Shown here piece by piece: positions 1-13,836 of a stretch of DNA of 64,000 nucleotides. Origin of the DNA: Pseudovirgaria hyperparasitica (Eukaryota); assembly GCA_010093815.1 (NCBI GenBank), contig ML996569.1, one strand, 5' to 3'. The stretch's first letter is position 1, and every line of letters starts with the position of its first letter. A program made the translations under genes and the position numbers. The notes beneath the pieces were generated by a model that saw nothing but the letters and a program-made list of their open reading frames with translations, was not told the origin of the DNA and ran no database searches.

Positions 1-3000
1 CAATGAGATCTTCGCACCCAACTACATCTTGAAACAACATGCGCACATTGGTAGTAACAGAGCCTCCACGTTTGTAGTCTGGGTCAAAATCGGTGGGTTC
101 CAAGATGTACTGCGTTGTTTTGTCCTTGATCTGGTTTCTCCGACGTCGTTGTTGGTGACGACCCATTGCAGTATTTAACAAAATGTCGACTGCTCCACCA
201 TTACCGAAGTTGGGACGGTTTCGTGCTAGTTTCAAAACCCCCATGGCAGTCTCTTTCCCAAGTGCACTAGTACTGAAACTCGAGGCATTGAGCTTCAACT
301 CGAAAATCTGTTCCAATTCCGCGTCAGAAAAGTCTTCGAACACGAAGGCCTCGTCCATGGGAAAGCGGCGACTGAGCCCCGGATTTACGCTCTGGAGCAT
401 AGTCTCCATTTCCTCTTTGTATCCTAGAAGTAGCACAGAACGATCCTCTCCTGGAACGCTCTGTACTTCCGCCACTATGGTATCAATAACAGCACTTTTG
501 TAGATATCGGAACCTCCTCCGCTGCCGCTGTTGCTGCCACCACTAGAAAGACCATAAGCCTCGTCAATGACTAGGACTTTCCCCTGAGTCGCTGCCAGAA
601 TGGCCTTAGTATTCCTTTCTGATGCTCCAAGTACATCACCAACAAAATCTGATGGATTTTTGATGACGACTAAACCCATTAGCGTTATACTATATGGCAC
701 TTGTATATTATTGCTTACCATCGCTACTTGAGAGCATGCCAATGTCAGCCAAGACTTGACCGTACAGTTTCGCGGCAGTTGTTTTTCCTGTACCTGGCGA
801 ACCTATCAAGATACGATTGAGATTGAATTTGATAAGAGGCTTTTCGGCCAACTCCCTCTCATAGTTGGATTGAATGCTCTCCATCAGTGCACTGATAGTT
901 TCTTTGACTGATTGCAATCCGATCATTGCTTTGAGCTTCTTCCATGCTTGGCAATCTTCTAACTTTTCCCCGGGGTTAGGTCCTAGCAGGTCTTCATTTG
1001 ATAAAAAATTGTCATCAGGTTGGGTTCCACCACGCCTCTCTAATTTCAGTCGTTCAGCCTGACGGCCAAGAGCCTTCGAAAGGGCGTTTTCGACGGCGCG
1101 AGCATTGCCAAAGCCTTCTTTGCCTCGTAGGTACCCGATACGTCGTGCAAATATGCGAGCGAACAGGCCGTCCAAGCCATCTTGAACCTTCATTCGTCCA
1201 TTGTACCGCTTTTGTATCTGATAGACGAAGATCTGTCGAAGCTCCTCATCACTATAGTCCCCAAAGGCGAAAGAGTAGGGGAATCTGCTTGGAAGACCCT
1301 CGTTGTGAGCAAAGAACTTTTCCATTGGTTTGTTGTATCCAGCTAAGATGAAGACGATTTTACCAGTGAGATTTTCAATCTCAGCTAAGAGGAAGTCCAG
1401 CACGCTGGTACCGCCGATACCGGATCCCGAAGTCAGTTGATAAGCTTCGTCAATGAAGACAGCTCCACCACCTTCGTTGAGAACATCTTCGATAAGCTTT
1501 TGACATCCAGATACTCCGCTATTGGCAAGTCTGGCGCCTGTCGTCTCCTTGATGGTTGTACCCGGCAGAACGCCTACGCTCCCAAGAAACCGAGCGTACA
1601 GTCTTGCAAGCGTCGTCTTTCCTATGTTCATGACAACTGTCAGTATGCTCCACACGGAATGGGGTGTTAGTTCCGGGACTACATACCTGTCCCGGGATTC
1701 CCAAGTAGCGACACACCGAAACGCTCGCTCCTTAAGTCAGTTCCTTGTCTTATACAGGTGTCAATTTTGGTTTTGATAGTAAGCACCTGATTTTTGACGC
1801 TCTCTAGCCCACTCATCCCCATCAAGTCATCGAGATCTTTGCTGTCTGCATTTTCATGCTTCTTCTGGTACTCCCACTCTTCGCGTGCTTTAGAGTGAGG
1901 CTTAGTGCTATGTTTGTCTGAAGTGCTCGCAATCACCTGGTCGTCCATAGTCCCAGCGTTATTACTAGTAGATGACTGGGCCTGCGTGTCCTGGACCCTG
2001 CTAACTTGATCTTTCTCTTTCGCCATGGACTTCGTTGTCAAAGATGTAGTGGTGAGTTTCTTTGCCTCTTCAAGATCTTTCTTGCGTTGCCGTAGGTGAC
2101 GCTGCTCTTCGGTTTCTTCTCTCAATTCTCTCTGCAAGCGCCGCTCATGAGCGATCTCGTCGTCAACCGTGGCCAACTCGCGGGCATAAGCGTCTTGTCT
2201 TCTTTGCCTTTCGGCAGTAAGTCTTTCGTCCCGCTGACGCTGTTTTTCACGTATTGCATCCTCGACTGCACATTTCCGGCAACGTGCTGTGTTTTTCGAG
2301 CATTGCCACGACATTTTGTGGCCTTTCGAGCATTTATCATGGATTACATGAGTACATTCAACCTTAGAGTGATCAGCCAGCTGATGGCACTTTTGGGGGC
2401 AAATGTGTATTCCGCAATTAAGTATGACGGTACTATTGTCATGTGTTATAAGATGAAAACCCATATATACGTAGAAGACGACGTACCAAGGTTCAGAGCA
2501 TCCTCCATCAGGGCATTCGTTCTCAAAGTCTTCGCCAGTTTTCAAGACCGTAGCTTTGGCAGGGTGTCGCTGGCATCTCACAGGTAAGCCATCAAAAACT
2601 TGGCCAGCATCACTCAACTGCTGCATGAAAGGGCCCCAAACCGACTTGCCTTTCCTGCTGCTCACAAAGGTATCACTATTGCCTATCATTATGAGACCAT
2701 CCCGTGCGCGAGAAAGAAGCACGTTAAGCCGCTCAGGTGCAGACATGAATCCGATATCGCCTTCCGGGTTGCTACGTGTAAGACACACTATGATGAGATC
2801 GCTCTCCTCGCCTTGGAAGTTGTCTGGCACGGCTTAGAAAATCCCCGACTGAATCAAGCCATATATCACAATCTTGACTCACCAATTGTAGACACACGCA
2901 ATTTTGTCTTCTTCGCAGATGCGCTCGCCTTGGGCACTAACCCAGCTCTGACAAGATCAAATGAATCCAGATCGTTCAGTACCGGATCATGTTCTGTCAG

Positions 3001-5852
3001 GAGCAATTTCAACAGAAGACCTAGTTGACCCAAATACGGCGTGAGAACGACTTGTTGATCGGTGCCATAGCCTTGCTGCGCCAAATATCGGACGACTTTA
3101 AGGACCATTTCAGCCTCATACAAATTCTGGCGGCTGACTTTTGACCCCTCATCGCGTCGATCCCTAATCTTATCTTGTTGGAGTTCAGGCACAGAATGCT
3201 TGAGAAACACAACGTTTGACTGAAGTCCACGGATGGATGGCCGGTTCATCGTGCTAGTTGCGTCTTCGAGGTTCGGATATGTAAGTCGTCTAACTAAAGT
3301 AGAAATCTCAGGGCGCATGCGATGCTGTTTAGCCAAAGTGGAATGCGGGAAGCCATTCAAGACTAGGCGTTCGAAGAGAGATCTATTGAGGTCGTATCCG
3401 TCACCTTTCTCGATAGTCAGGGCATAGTTGTTCACCTTTGGACGAAGTTGCTTGTGGTCGCCAATCAGTACTAGATGCTTCGTCTTTGCAGAAAGTGCTG
3501 TAAGGATATGCGCTTCAAGTATCTCTCCGGCTTCTTCAACCAACACAATTCCAGGTTTTGCACTGAGCAGCTCCTTTGAGTATTTTGCCGCAGCAGTTGT
3601 AGTACAGCCAATAATTCGCTTTGATGCAATGATCTCGGCATGTTTCTGTCCTTTTGATTCAGTGAACTGTTCATAAGCTTCACTGTAATCATGTAGCACA
3701 TCTTGCAGGAGAGTGGCCCCTTCCTTATAGAATTCAAGTGTCCATCTATCGTAGCATTCCCTTCGAGCAGCAACATCCATGCGCCAGACGTTTTCGAATT
3801 CTGTATTCGAGGCATCATTGAAGATCCCTCGATCTTGACCTGCCAACCATTGGTCCAGAAGGTAGAATTGGTCAACTTCTTTCCCTTTTCGCCCTATTCT
3901 TCTCATTCCGTCATCGCTACTCGGAACACTCAGGGCATTGTAGAAGTGATAGTCATCTGAACACTCGAGATAATTCATGATTTCCTCTTTAGGTGCTCTC
4001 AAGTTCCTGAAATCTGCGGACTGCTTTTCAAGCCTGTCGTCGAGATTGTCTACTCTTTCCCGACGGGAGTTGAATGTATGCCACTGGTCATGGGTTCGAC
4101 GATAAGACGAGGATTGCTCATAGAGGGATAATTGCTTAGTTGCCTCCGTCGACTTCGATCCAAGGCGAAGCATTACACTTTCAGGAACGCCAATCTTCAT
4201 AATGTCGGCGAGAAATTGATCCAGTGCATGATTCGTATACGTCAGAACTAGTATTTTCTCATCGGTATGGTGAAACAGGACCATAATCAGTAGTGCGCCA
4301 ATGAACGATTTACCAGTGCCTGTAGAGCACAGTTAGAGTGGCCTAAAATAAATGCTTAAGCCTTACCTGGAGGTCCTTGAATCAGGCTCACCTGGTTCTT
4401 CAAACCGGAGATAAGGGATTGTATCTGCGAAGGATCTAGATACACGTCGATACAGAGACGGAGGAGCGTACGCAGATTTTGACCAGAACACGATTCAATA
4501 TCTTCAATGAGGTCAAGGGGAGCAAAGGGTGATTGAGCTACGCTACGGATGTCATCGCTTTGGAGGAGCTGACCGGATAATGGCAATGATGTGATCTGTT
4601 GTAGCCTCCTGAGAATTGGGTCGTACGCGAAGTACGGTGTGTCGACTTGAACGAACTGGAGGTTGTCTTGATGAGTCATCTTTAGAGTGAGTAGTGTTTT
4701 AAGCATTGCGGACCCCCCGAATACTTGCAGTAATAGTACTGGGGGGCTCTTTGCTAGGAAGTCCGTATTTCGTTCTACAATGGCAAATGCAACAATCTCA
4801 TTTGACGCGAGAATGCAACCGAAAGAGTCGTGTTTCAGTATGTTTTTATTCTCTTCAAAGAAGCGCTTACGAGCCTCCAGATCGTAGGGCAGCTTAGGAA
4901 ATCCTTTGTAGCACCGCAGCGCAATCGAAGCAGGCCTTCTTCTGGTGTCGCTGCCGCATTGTATCCCGTGAAACACCAATCCTCCCAGACTCACAGAGGC
5001 TCGCCGCCCTTGTTTACGTCCCATCGCAACTTTTAGCTCCTCGCGTAATTCTGCCAGCATATCCTCTCTCAGGAGACGAAACTGGTTGTCAACATGGACG
5101 GCCGCCCGCTTATCAGGTTCTACAGCGAGAACTGAATCAGCTTGCAAGTAGTACGCCGGGTCCCTTGAGAGAAACTCATCAGCGGTTGGGAAGATAGCAA
5201 TCTTGCGATAGTCCTCAAAGTCGTTGTCGTGACGGCCGCCAGGCTTGATGATAGCCCCGGAGTAAACTCCTGATCGTTTGCTGTTGAGCACATCTTGAAT
5301 TTTGTACGCGACACTGCGAATGTCAGAATTTGATGAGGCTAATAGCCCGCCCCCAGCTGTGAGAGATTCTTGGGATATTTCAATGATATCTGATGGAATG
5401 GAAACAGTCGAGAATGAGATTAAGAGCAAATGAAGAAGGGTCGCAAACGCCTTTGTGCCGTTTTCTGAAAGGCCTCGGTTGCGGAAAGCTCCTACTAGCG
5501 CCACCCAAAACGTCGGCGGGTCAACCACGACCATCAGCAGATCTCGCAACAGCTGTCCACCACAAAGTTGTTTGATTTCGTCGGATGCGAGAGACAAGAG
5601 GAGCTGAGAGCCTGTCTCATTCATGAATTGCGGCGTGATGTTCACACGAAGGGTCATCTTCAGCGCCTGCAGACCGTTCTGCGATGCCGCAAGCCTTTCG
5701 AACGAGCTGATCCTATCTTCTGCTCCAAGGAGCGACCGAACGAACAGTTCTGCTTCATTGGAACTTTTAATCGCTCTGGACCCGCCAACAAAGCTCAAGA
5801 ATACTTTGCGTAGCCTAGCCACGTCAATAGCTGAAGCAGTTTCGTTCGACAT
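1..5852 (-). CDS. ZNFX1/NFX1-type SF1 (Upf1-like) helicase fused to CbbX/SpoVK-type AAA+ ATPase domains; 3' end runs off the window
   Basis: ATG at 5852. GT-AG introns at about 4320-4366, 2824-2882, 2433-2486, 1622-1686 and 670-718 join the ORFs. Splicing restores QGPPGTGKSF (Walker A), VSTIDNFQGEESD and GNPGTGKTT. Other motifs: GGRHDNDF, TYTNHALDQF, VEEAGE, LIGDHKQLRP, QHRMRPEI, RLNVLLSRAR, a short Cys/His-rich zinc region, FIDEAY, GSPGTGKTT and VIDEAY. Confidence 0.9.
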
Positions 5853-6540
5853 TGTTTCAAAGAATGAGTTGTGATTGAGTGCTAAACGACACTGTGAAGC
5901 CAACTCTGGTTGCAATATAATCCAATGAGTAGGATAAGATACCTATACCAACCCCAGCCGTGTTGCAATCTCTCACTACATCAGCATAGAAAAACAACTA
6001 AGGTGATACAGGTCCATAGTGTATACGCATCCCATGGACCATGGGACACAGCCTGACAACCCCAGCCTGTGCCAGCGCAGAATGAAATATACCTAATGGT
6101 CGATCCTTTCTCCAACTAGCCTTCTCATTAAGCTAGCCTTCTCATGAAGGTAAGGCTCCGCTGGTGTCGGGTAGAACAGTATGCATGAATGAGTCTTTGT
6201 GAACTCTCTGTCGTGCCAGGTGTGTGCGACCGGAGATGCTCTAGCACATCAGCAGGGATCTATCACTACCCTGAAAATAGCGGTGCGTTGTGTGGTGCAA
6301 AGCTCCTAATGCCATGTAATGCATATATAACCATCCTCATGGTCATTACCATCATAATTACACGGATAGGCACACACTCGTAATCGATAAGTGCACACAT
6401 GCCCCCCCAACAATTACACGGGACACACACACACGCATATATGTCGTCAGCTAGCATCGAAGGTTTACCTTCTACTGTTTCGCGTGGAAATCTCCTGCTT
6501 CTCTCACCCGAGCATCGCAGAATCGAATACAGAACTGGAA

Positions 6541-8072
6541 ATGAGGTACGAAAGCCGCCCCGACCGAGCTTACCGGCCTAGTACTTCCTTCTCTAGGGGT
6601 AGTGGAGCTAGCTCTCGAGGTATCTTCAACGTCAGTCAAAATCGTTGGCGTCGAGCTACTGAGGAAAGGCCCCCATCACCTCCCTTGGGTCCGCTGCTGG
6701 AGACCGTGACTAGAGACGAGTTGATCTCTGAGATTTCCATGGGCGAGTACGAGGTCGCCGATGCTTATATCACAAATGTCGAGTATCTTGCCTCGTATAA
6801 CTGGACTACTCAAGAGGAAGTCCTTATAATTCCAGGTATGCATGTATTACATCACATCGAATGGATTAAATTAAATTTGGCGAAGGATGTCCCCCAGCGT
6901 GGACTCCCATACAAGAAGCACGCAAATTAGCACCTGATAGTGGCAAGTATCTCCGCGATCGCAACGCCGCCCAATCTCCAGTACATCCCTTGGAGCCAGC
7001 TGTGCGGGCATTATTTGAAGAGAATGAGGATTTCCGAGGACAGGACATCGACCTCTTTGCATGTTCAAGCACATTTGGAGGCCTACTTCGGTTTGTACTG
7101 GGAGTTGACAAGAGCGTCCGATTCTTTGTTCAAACCTTAGGGAACACCGCTTTCTTCATCCGGCGCGAGAATTCGCCCACTGAGTTGATTTCCAACGTCA
7201 AAGGATATGGGCATGCATTTCCGGAAGCCTATACTACCTGGTCGAAAGATGTGAGAGGTTCAACCTCACATCAGAGACTCCTCAGATACAGATTTGCTGG
7301 GCTTAACGTTGTGTTGCGCTTCGAAGCTGACGGCTACCTCCCTTCCAAGGTTGAACAAGCACACATGACTACTTCAGCGGCCAGTGAAGCTCCAAACGAA
7401 CTCGAATCTTCGCTCAACGGTTTCCGAATCGACAGTTCTGATATTGAACCTTCAGTAGGTTCTAGGACCTGGACTATCAAGCACGCTGGTTCTCGCGTCC
7501 CACAATCCGCCATCTTTGACCTCAAGACGCGATCAGTACGTAGTCCATTCCAGAATGTCTTCGAAGAAGAGAGGCCTCGTTTTTGGGCAGCTCAAATTTC
7601 CAATCTCATTCTTGCCCGCCACGAGCAGGGCGTTTTCAACGAAATCGAAATTATGGAGACCGGCGAAGAAGTACGCAAGTGGGAGAGAGAGAACCAAGAT
7701 AGCCTTCGTCAACTAGGCTCTCTGATTCGCATGATCCTCGCAATAAGCGCATCTCGTACTAATGAGAAACTCGAGGTTTATCGCAAAGATGATGGGTCGC
7801 TCGAGCTCAGAGAACAACTTGGTGACGATCACGAAGTTCTGTCTGCTGGTTTGAAAGAAAAGTGGTTGTCTGATCCCCAAGATACTCCTCCTCTCCCCGG
7901 AACAACCCTTAAACAAAGCGGGAAGTCGACCTTCGAAAACATGGCGCCTGGTAGCGGCCAAGAAAATACTAAGACTCTCGGCGATGGAGATTTGGATGGT
8001 TCATCTGATGAGGACTCCAATGCAGATTTTACGAATTGTTCAGAAGTTTGCGGCTACTGTGGCCGGTGTTGA
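6541..8072 (+). CDS. DXO/Rai1-like PD-(D/E)xK nuclease-fold protein
   Basis: Intron 6836-6885 joins LASYNW...IIPGCPPAWTP to ORF 6990-8072. GYGHAF, FEADG, DLKTRS and RFWAAQ parallel the Rai1/DXO motifs GxxFE, EhD, EhKT and KxWxQ. Acidic, Cys-rich C-terminus (CSEVCGYCGRC). Confidence 0.65.
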
Positions 8073-10003
8073 GAAGGTCTCTATCGTTGGGTACGCTTGA
8101 TGAGAATGATCTACTTTGTGACCGCACACAGGGAGATTACGATAATCTTTGAAGTGTTGTCCCATCTTTCTTTTCCGGTGCTAATGGGCCAATTGTGGAT
8201 TGAGAAGCAGGCAACCTCCCTGGCTTCATTATGACTCACCCAACCTTGAACGCGAGCAAATCGGACTCTCTCTCTACGTGCTGCCACTCATTCGAGACAA
8301 AATATCAGGCGAGTCATTGTCTTCGGCGTGTTGGTGGCGTCTTGTTTGACTATTTCAGCCTTGTATGTAACTTTGGCGGACACTTGTTCAAGTTCATCGG
8401 CGGAGGCCATCCAGCGTATGGGTCGTAGTAGTCTGTTGTCGGGGCTAATGCTCATGTTTCCCGCAGCTTGAGCAATCGTGGTACAAACCTTGATGGGTTG
8501 GCAAATGAAATAGTCTAAAAACCACGGTTAACGGTCGTGCAGAATTCTACACGCATTAGTCTTCAACTGTGATACTACATGTCGACTAGGCTCTGCTCTT
8601 GGTTTGTAACTACGCTACACTACATAGCAAAGACGGAGCCAGTGTGGCATTTTTGTAACTTGCTTTGATTTCTTCCATCTGTACACCTCGATTAGTATAT
8701 GCTCAGATCTCAATAAAGTCCTATACCATGACTGTGTCGCTATGTTCGGTGCTCCGGCCTAACATATACAAATGACCGTGCTCGGGCTGTATGCTAAAGT
8801 CATCTCCTTCACGGTGCCTAAGGCTTTATTCGACTTCGCCATGCGTGTCAAGGGTGCATGGTTTCTACCAAGCCTTGCGTGTATTGGTAAGAGAATTCCA
8901 CAAAGTATAGACAGCCATGGACTTCTGTCTCGGGCCAGAATCATTCTTTTTGGGGGCACATGGGCACAGGTGCGTTGCAATACGCGAAAGTGAATTAGCT
9001 GCATCGGTGCAGAATCAAGATGTGTGACTGCCATCGTGTCTCGCTGCAACTGGGCTCAGGGGGCGCACAAGTCAGCCTCGGCGGGCCCAGACTGAAGAAA
9101 TAAGGCAAATACACAGGGTTTTCGGACTGGGGAGAGTCTCGTGTATATCTATCTGCACGTTTGAGCACAGCCAGGAATTTGCAAACAACGAGTGAGAGGT
9201 TGAATTTTACTACGCGCTTGCCCCGCGAACAGGGGCTGCCTAGACCCGCTAATCCATAGAAATTCATAGGCCGGCTAGGGCGGCCCGAGAGAGTGGATAC
9301 GCTAAAAAACCGAACGGCATTTTAGATCCAGCGCTAAGCCACCGGCTAGACTGGCCAGGGTCCTTGAACTGCCTCCCAACCTCTGTTCTCTCAGAGTATG
9401 TTGTTTCTTGTATGTTCTCATCTTCGAATTTTCCCATGCCGCTCCATTGCTAGACCACCCCATTCACATAGCGATGCAGAGCGCCACTCCAGCTTGGATT
9501 CCAGTGGGGCCGGGGTTGGTTGAACTACAAGTCGGCCGTGGAACCAGCTCGAAGCCGGGGGTATGTAGAAGCGGGAGCATTCCTGCAACTCCGCTTATCT
9601 CGTCATTAGGATTATAAGAGTCGTAGATCAAGTAAGACAGACATGCTTGGATGTCGATCGCACGCCAGCCGGCCCAACGACAACACCCCTGTCATTCCAC
9701 ATTTGATGGGTGATACAGTAAAATCCTTGGCATATGCTGAGAGCCCTTTCGAGATCCAATGGATACCGTCCGCGCTGTTTTTTGGACATCGATAGATTTG
9801 ACCTGTCCGCATAATTCACATACGTGCGTCTGGTGCCCTGGCCTGGCCTGGCCCTAGTGCCTGCGCTGACCCGACTTAAAAAAATGCAATAAAGTTGCAG
9901 GAGGTCGCATCGAATCGTATCCACTATCAGCCAAAGATTGCATTTACTTCATTTCCATGAAACAGCGATAACACAAATAAGAAGAAGCTAGACAGAATCA
10001 GGA

Positions 10004-11590
10004 ATGACATCTGAGCTCCACAACATGCCTAAACCACATTTTCGCAGCAAAGAGGAAAAACAACTTATGAGATTCTATGAACCTCTAGTCCTTCTACACA
10101 CCCTCGGTAGAAGCCGAGGCGACCGTACACAGAATTCCGTTGTATCAACTGGCACTTTCTCGGAAAGGCGGAAGTTCTTGAATAACCTCGCCTATATCTG
10201 CGACTTCAACACAGGGGGCGATACCGTTACATCCATCGCTCTGCAAGATTGCGCAGATGGACCAATATACTGGGTCGCGTCGAATTCAGAGAAGAAAGTT
10301 CTCAAAAGCCATGAATTCCTCATGTCGGTTCTATCAGATCTGTCGAGAGTCTCGGCTGAATCCGCTGAACCAAGTCCCGAACACAAAGAGCGATTGGCTA
10401 CTGAATTGTCCGAGAAGATCATTGTGTTTGCTAAAAAGAGAATCAATGGGTATCGGAGTCATCTGCGAACTGTTCTGCCACGGGCTATTGACTATCTTCA
10501 GAGGCGAGACGCTGTAGAAAGTGAGTATCTTGCAGCCAGATATCAGCTTGAAGTATTTTAATGTGCCCTAGATAGCGATATCTTAGACTGGTTGAACTCG
10601 TGGCGGACTAATGTATATTCGGAAGATGTGTGCCGTTTAGCCTACGACGCAAGAAGGTCCGAAAACATACGCGTACTTCGAAATTTGGGCGAGAAGCAAA
10701 ATCGTTCTGGCAACCGAGATTCAATCTACAACATACTGCATTCTGTCCGACATTACATCGGGCGACTGGGGTATCACTTCTGTGTTGCAAAGGCCTTGCT
10801 CAATTCTGCACGCCCCCTTGCGACGCTCTTGACCAGCTACGAAGTTCGAATCGTTGCACCTATGCCACCAGGTGAGATGCCAGATGCAGATTCGAAAACT
10901 AAGCTTGATGGTATCTTGGTACGAATGATGCCTAACAATGCAGTGGCATTGCCTTCTATGCAGGAAAACCTGCAGGCTATGGATGACAAGTTCGGCCTCA
11001 CGAAGCGGTATCTCGAGCTGTACACTGATCGGAAGTATTCTACGTCGGACAAAAGAAGATCTGCCGGCGTACATGCTGAAATCAAAGTCCTCGAGTACTT
11101 CTTCACGCAAAAATTTAGATTCGTGGATAACGACAAATTCATTGCGACCAGCAAGCCATCATGCTATTGCTGTCATCTTTACTTTAAGCACCACCCATTG
11201 ATGCCCTCAGAACCCGCCACTCATTGTAACATCTACTTGAACTGGCGTCCACCTCAATTCGTAGGAGAGCACTTCAAGAACTCGGTACGCGATCACCCAC
11301 GCCACATGTTATTCGCCATGATTCCCGATATCCGACAAGAGGCTCTACAACAAATTCTTGAGAGATCTCCTCCACGCCAATCTCATCCAGACTCTAACAC
11401 TGGGATCACGGAATCTGCCAACCTTGGGCACGCTTCAATACCAGATTTGTCGCACGAACTTGAGCGGTTATCTCTCGCTGGAGACATTGCCTCGTGTGTT
11501 GGTGACTACAGCGATGACATTCGACTGAGCGACTTAGAAAGCTCTGATGATGAGGAGGGCGGAGGGATCAGTCTTCTAGACTATGAATAA
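10004..11590 (+). CDS. OTT_1508-like nucleic acid/nucleotide deaminase
   Basis: Intron 10521-10571 joins two ORFs in frame. Zinc-deaminase motifs VHAEIKV and TSKPSCYCC; N-terminal FLNNLAYICD...GGDTVTSIAL. Confidence 0.8.
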
Positions 11591-12152
11591 GGAATGTTAG
11601 AGTAGATACGGATAACTGAGAGCCCTGCCAGAACGCTATCCAGATTGCTTAGTGTGCCATAGTCAGAACAGTGATTCACATAATACCATACCGATGCCCG
11701 TACTGGGGCGCACCCATACACCAATGTATAATGCAGTACGTTATAGGTCTCTAGAATATGCCTGCTTCGAGCTCTTACTTGAGCTTCAGCCCCGGAGTCA
11801 GTAAGGTTAGATTAGCTGTAGGCTGCTTCCATAAAGACATTAACTGCATATCATTCGAACATTGATCAGATGCCCGAGGGGCTAAACAATTGACCGGTGT
11901 GTTTCTGCATATATTGCTACGATTGTTTGCATGCATAGGCGCTAAAATAACCGACGGCAGACCAGTGCTGATTAGGCGTTTTCAGCCTTGTATGCATCTC
12001 TTTTGAGCACAGAGACGAGTGTCCTGCAGTGGCTTTCCTCACAAACACACTATATATTGCACTCAAGTAGCATGTTCTATAAATTCTTCGGGGTCATGCC
12101 CTAAAGGCCAGGCGAGAAGTTACACCTCACCTTTAGTCTCTCGGGTACTACT

Positions 12153-13177
12153 ATGGGTGACTCCTCCGCATTTGCACTATCGCTTCAGGGCGATTCTCAT
12201 GAGGTGAGTCTTTGATGTCAAGTAACATTATTTCAGTCTAACCGATGTCAAAGGTTGCTAATTGGCTCAACGATCATCTCATGATGGTGCATGGACGAAT
12301 TGCGAGGGATAAGCGACTAGCAGCCTTATTAAAGTACACCGTCAAAGAAAAGAATGAAAATGACAAAAACCGTTGCAAAAACTTTGTTCAATATGGTGGG
12401 ACAGATGATTGCACATGGAACTTTTTGCAATCGAATGTCTCCTCATGGAACGATAACCCCGCCTCTTTCTGGGATGGTACGAGCTCCCCAGTATCTTCTA
12501 CTGCCGCAATTTCACTTGAAGTGGTACTCTTTCACAGCTACCTTGGAGCAAAGCAAGACACTGCTTAGTCGCGCCTGCTCTTAAGGTTTTCCTGCATAGC
12601 CCTCGTCGAATGGAGACACAAACAAGGCCTCTCTGGGACACCTGACAAGGATACGATCTACCAGATCCAGTACTCTGGCATTACTGGAGAGTCTTTTTCG
12701 GTTATCGAGAAGAAATTTACGACAATGCTCGACCAGGGCAGTCGGTATATCAATCTTGAGAAAGAATTGGGCCCAAACATCTGTTTGATCCTAGGCCTAG
12801 AACTGGCGGAAACGTAGTAAGTAGAGTGGCATTCTCAGTCATTGTGAACCTCTTAGCTCACATCTCGAAGTTGGACAAAATTGCTTACAAAAAGCACCCC
12901 GAGAGCGAAGGATGTGATTAGGCACATGAGAAAATTGGGAATGGACACGCAAGCCGCAAGCTACGGGAATTTGAGGAACAAGATTATTTCAGCCAAGATT
13001 GAACAGTTTCAAAGTCGACCTTGGTGTGACTCAATGGGAGCCACACCTACTCCCAATCCCAACCCTTCACTGGTTCCACCAATGGTATCAAATGCAACGT
13101 ATAGTTTCGATCCGAGCACACTTCAGTATCCACTATGGGATACTCAATACACCCAATTTTACCAGCAGCAGCAGTAG
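12153..13177 (+). CDS. Hypothetical multi-exon protein (~280 aa), unknown function
   Basis: ATG at 12153, clean intron 12204-12253, probable introns near 12524-12568 and 12817-12870. These give a continuous frame (...FSCIALVEWR...RYINLEKELGPNICLILG...YWTKLL...) ending in a Gln tract. Confidence 0.5.
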
Positions 13178-13836
13178 TAGTAGTATTAGTAGTAGTAGGG
13201 CTATTAGTTTTCCATCACTAAGCGTTGGCTAAGAGTATTTCTTGCAGAATGACATTTTACCACCGTCGCTCAGTGATGCCTTGATGTTTGTAAGCATTCA
13301 ATCAATCTTAATGTCCTTTGGCCTTGTCGATCCCTCCTATACTACTCTGCTTCCTAATAGGGTAGATTTCATTGGCGTAGGGGAGCCGGAGCTGTCCTTA
13401 ACTTCGGATGATGATTGATTCAAGAGGAGCTGGGGTTGCGGGAAATCGCGTGTTGTACAATAGCGAATACTACCCAGCCGCTATTCGTGAAACAAGACCC
13501 AGGTTATATTACAATCCTTGCACATATGTACAGATCTGGAACATGATCTCTTTCTGATTAGGACAGAATCCGTGCACTTTCATTACTGTATGATCTCATC
13601 TGTGTTATGGGGAGATCGGCATGCAGATTAGACGTAGAGCGTGATATGCAAATGCCCTTTGCACCATGCGTCAGGACTCGTATCAAGATACGAGGTGTCT
13701 GGGCCGTCGCCTAGCCATTATGGGCCCCTTTTAATCGTGCTGGGCCCCAAGCAGAGCTTCGGCTAACCTTACACACACCTTGGCACACCGTACTCTCTTT
13801 CACCACCCATTCACTCAAGAACATTACCCTGATAAC

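Noticed and set aside
8100..9950. Several 65-98 aa ORFs between the DXO-like and deaminase genes
   Set aside because: No motifs or consistent splice model; treated as intergenic.
13163..13198. CAG/TAG triplet run as a possible stop-codon readthrough device
   Set aside because: Most simply a slipped microsatellite at the end of a weakly supported gene.
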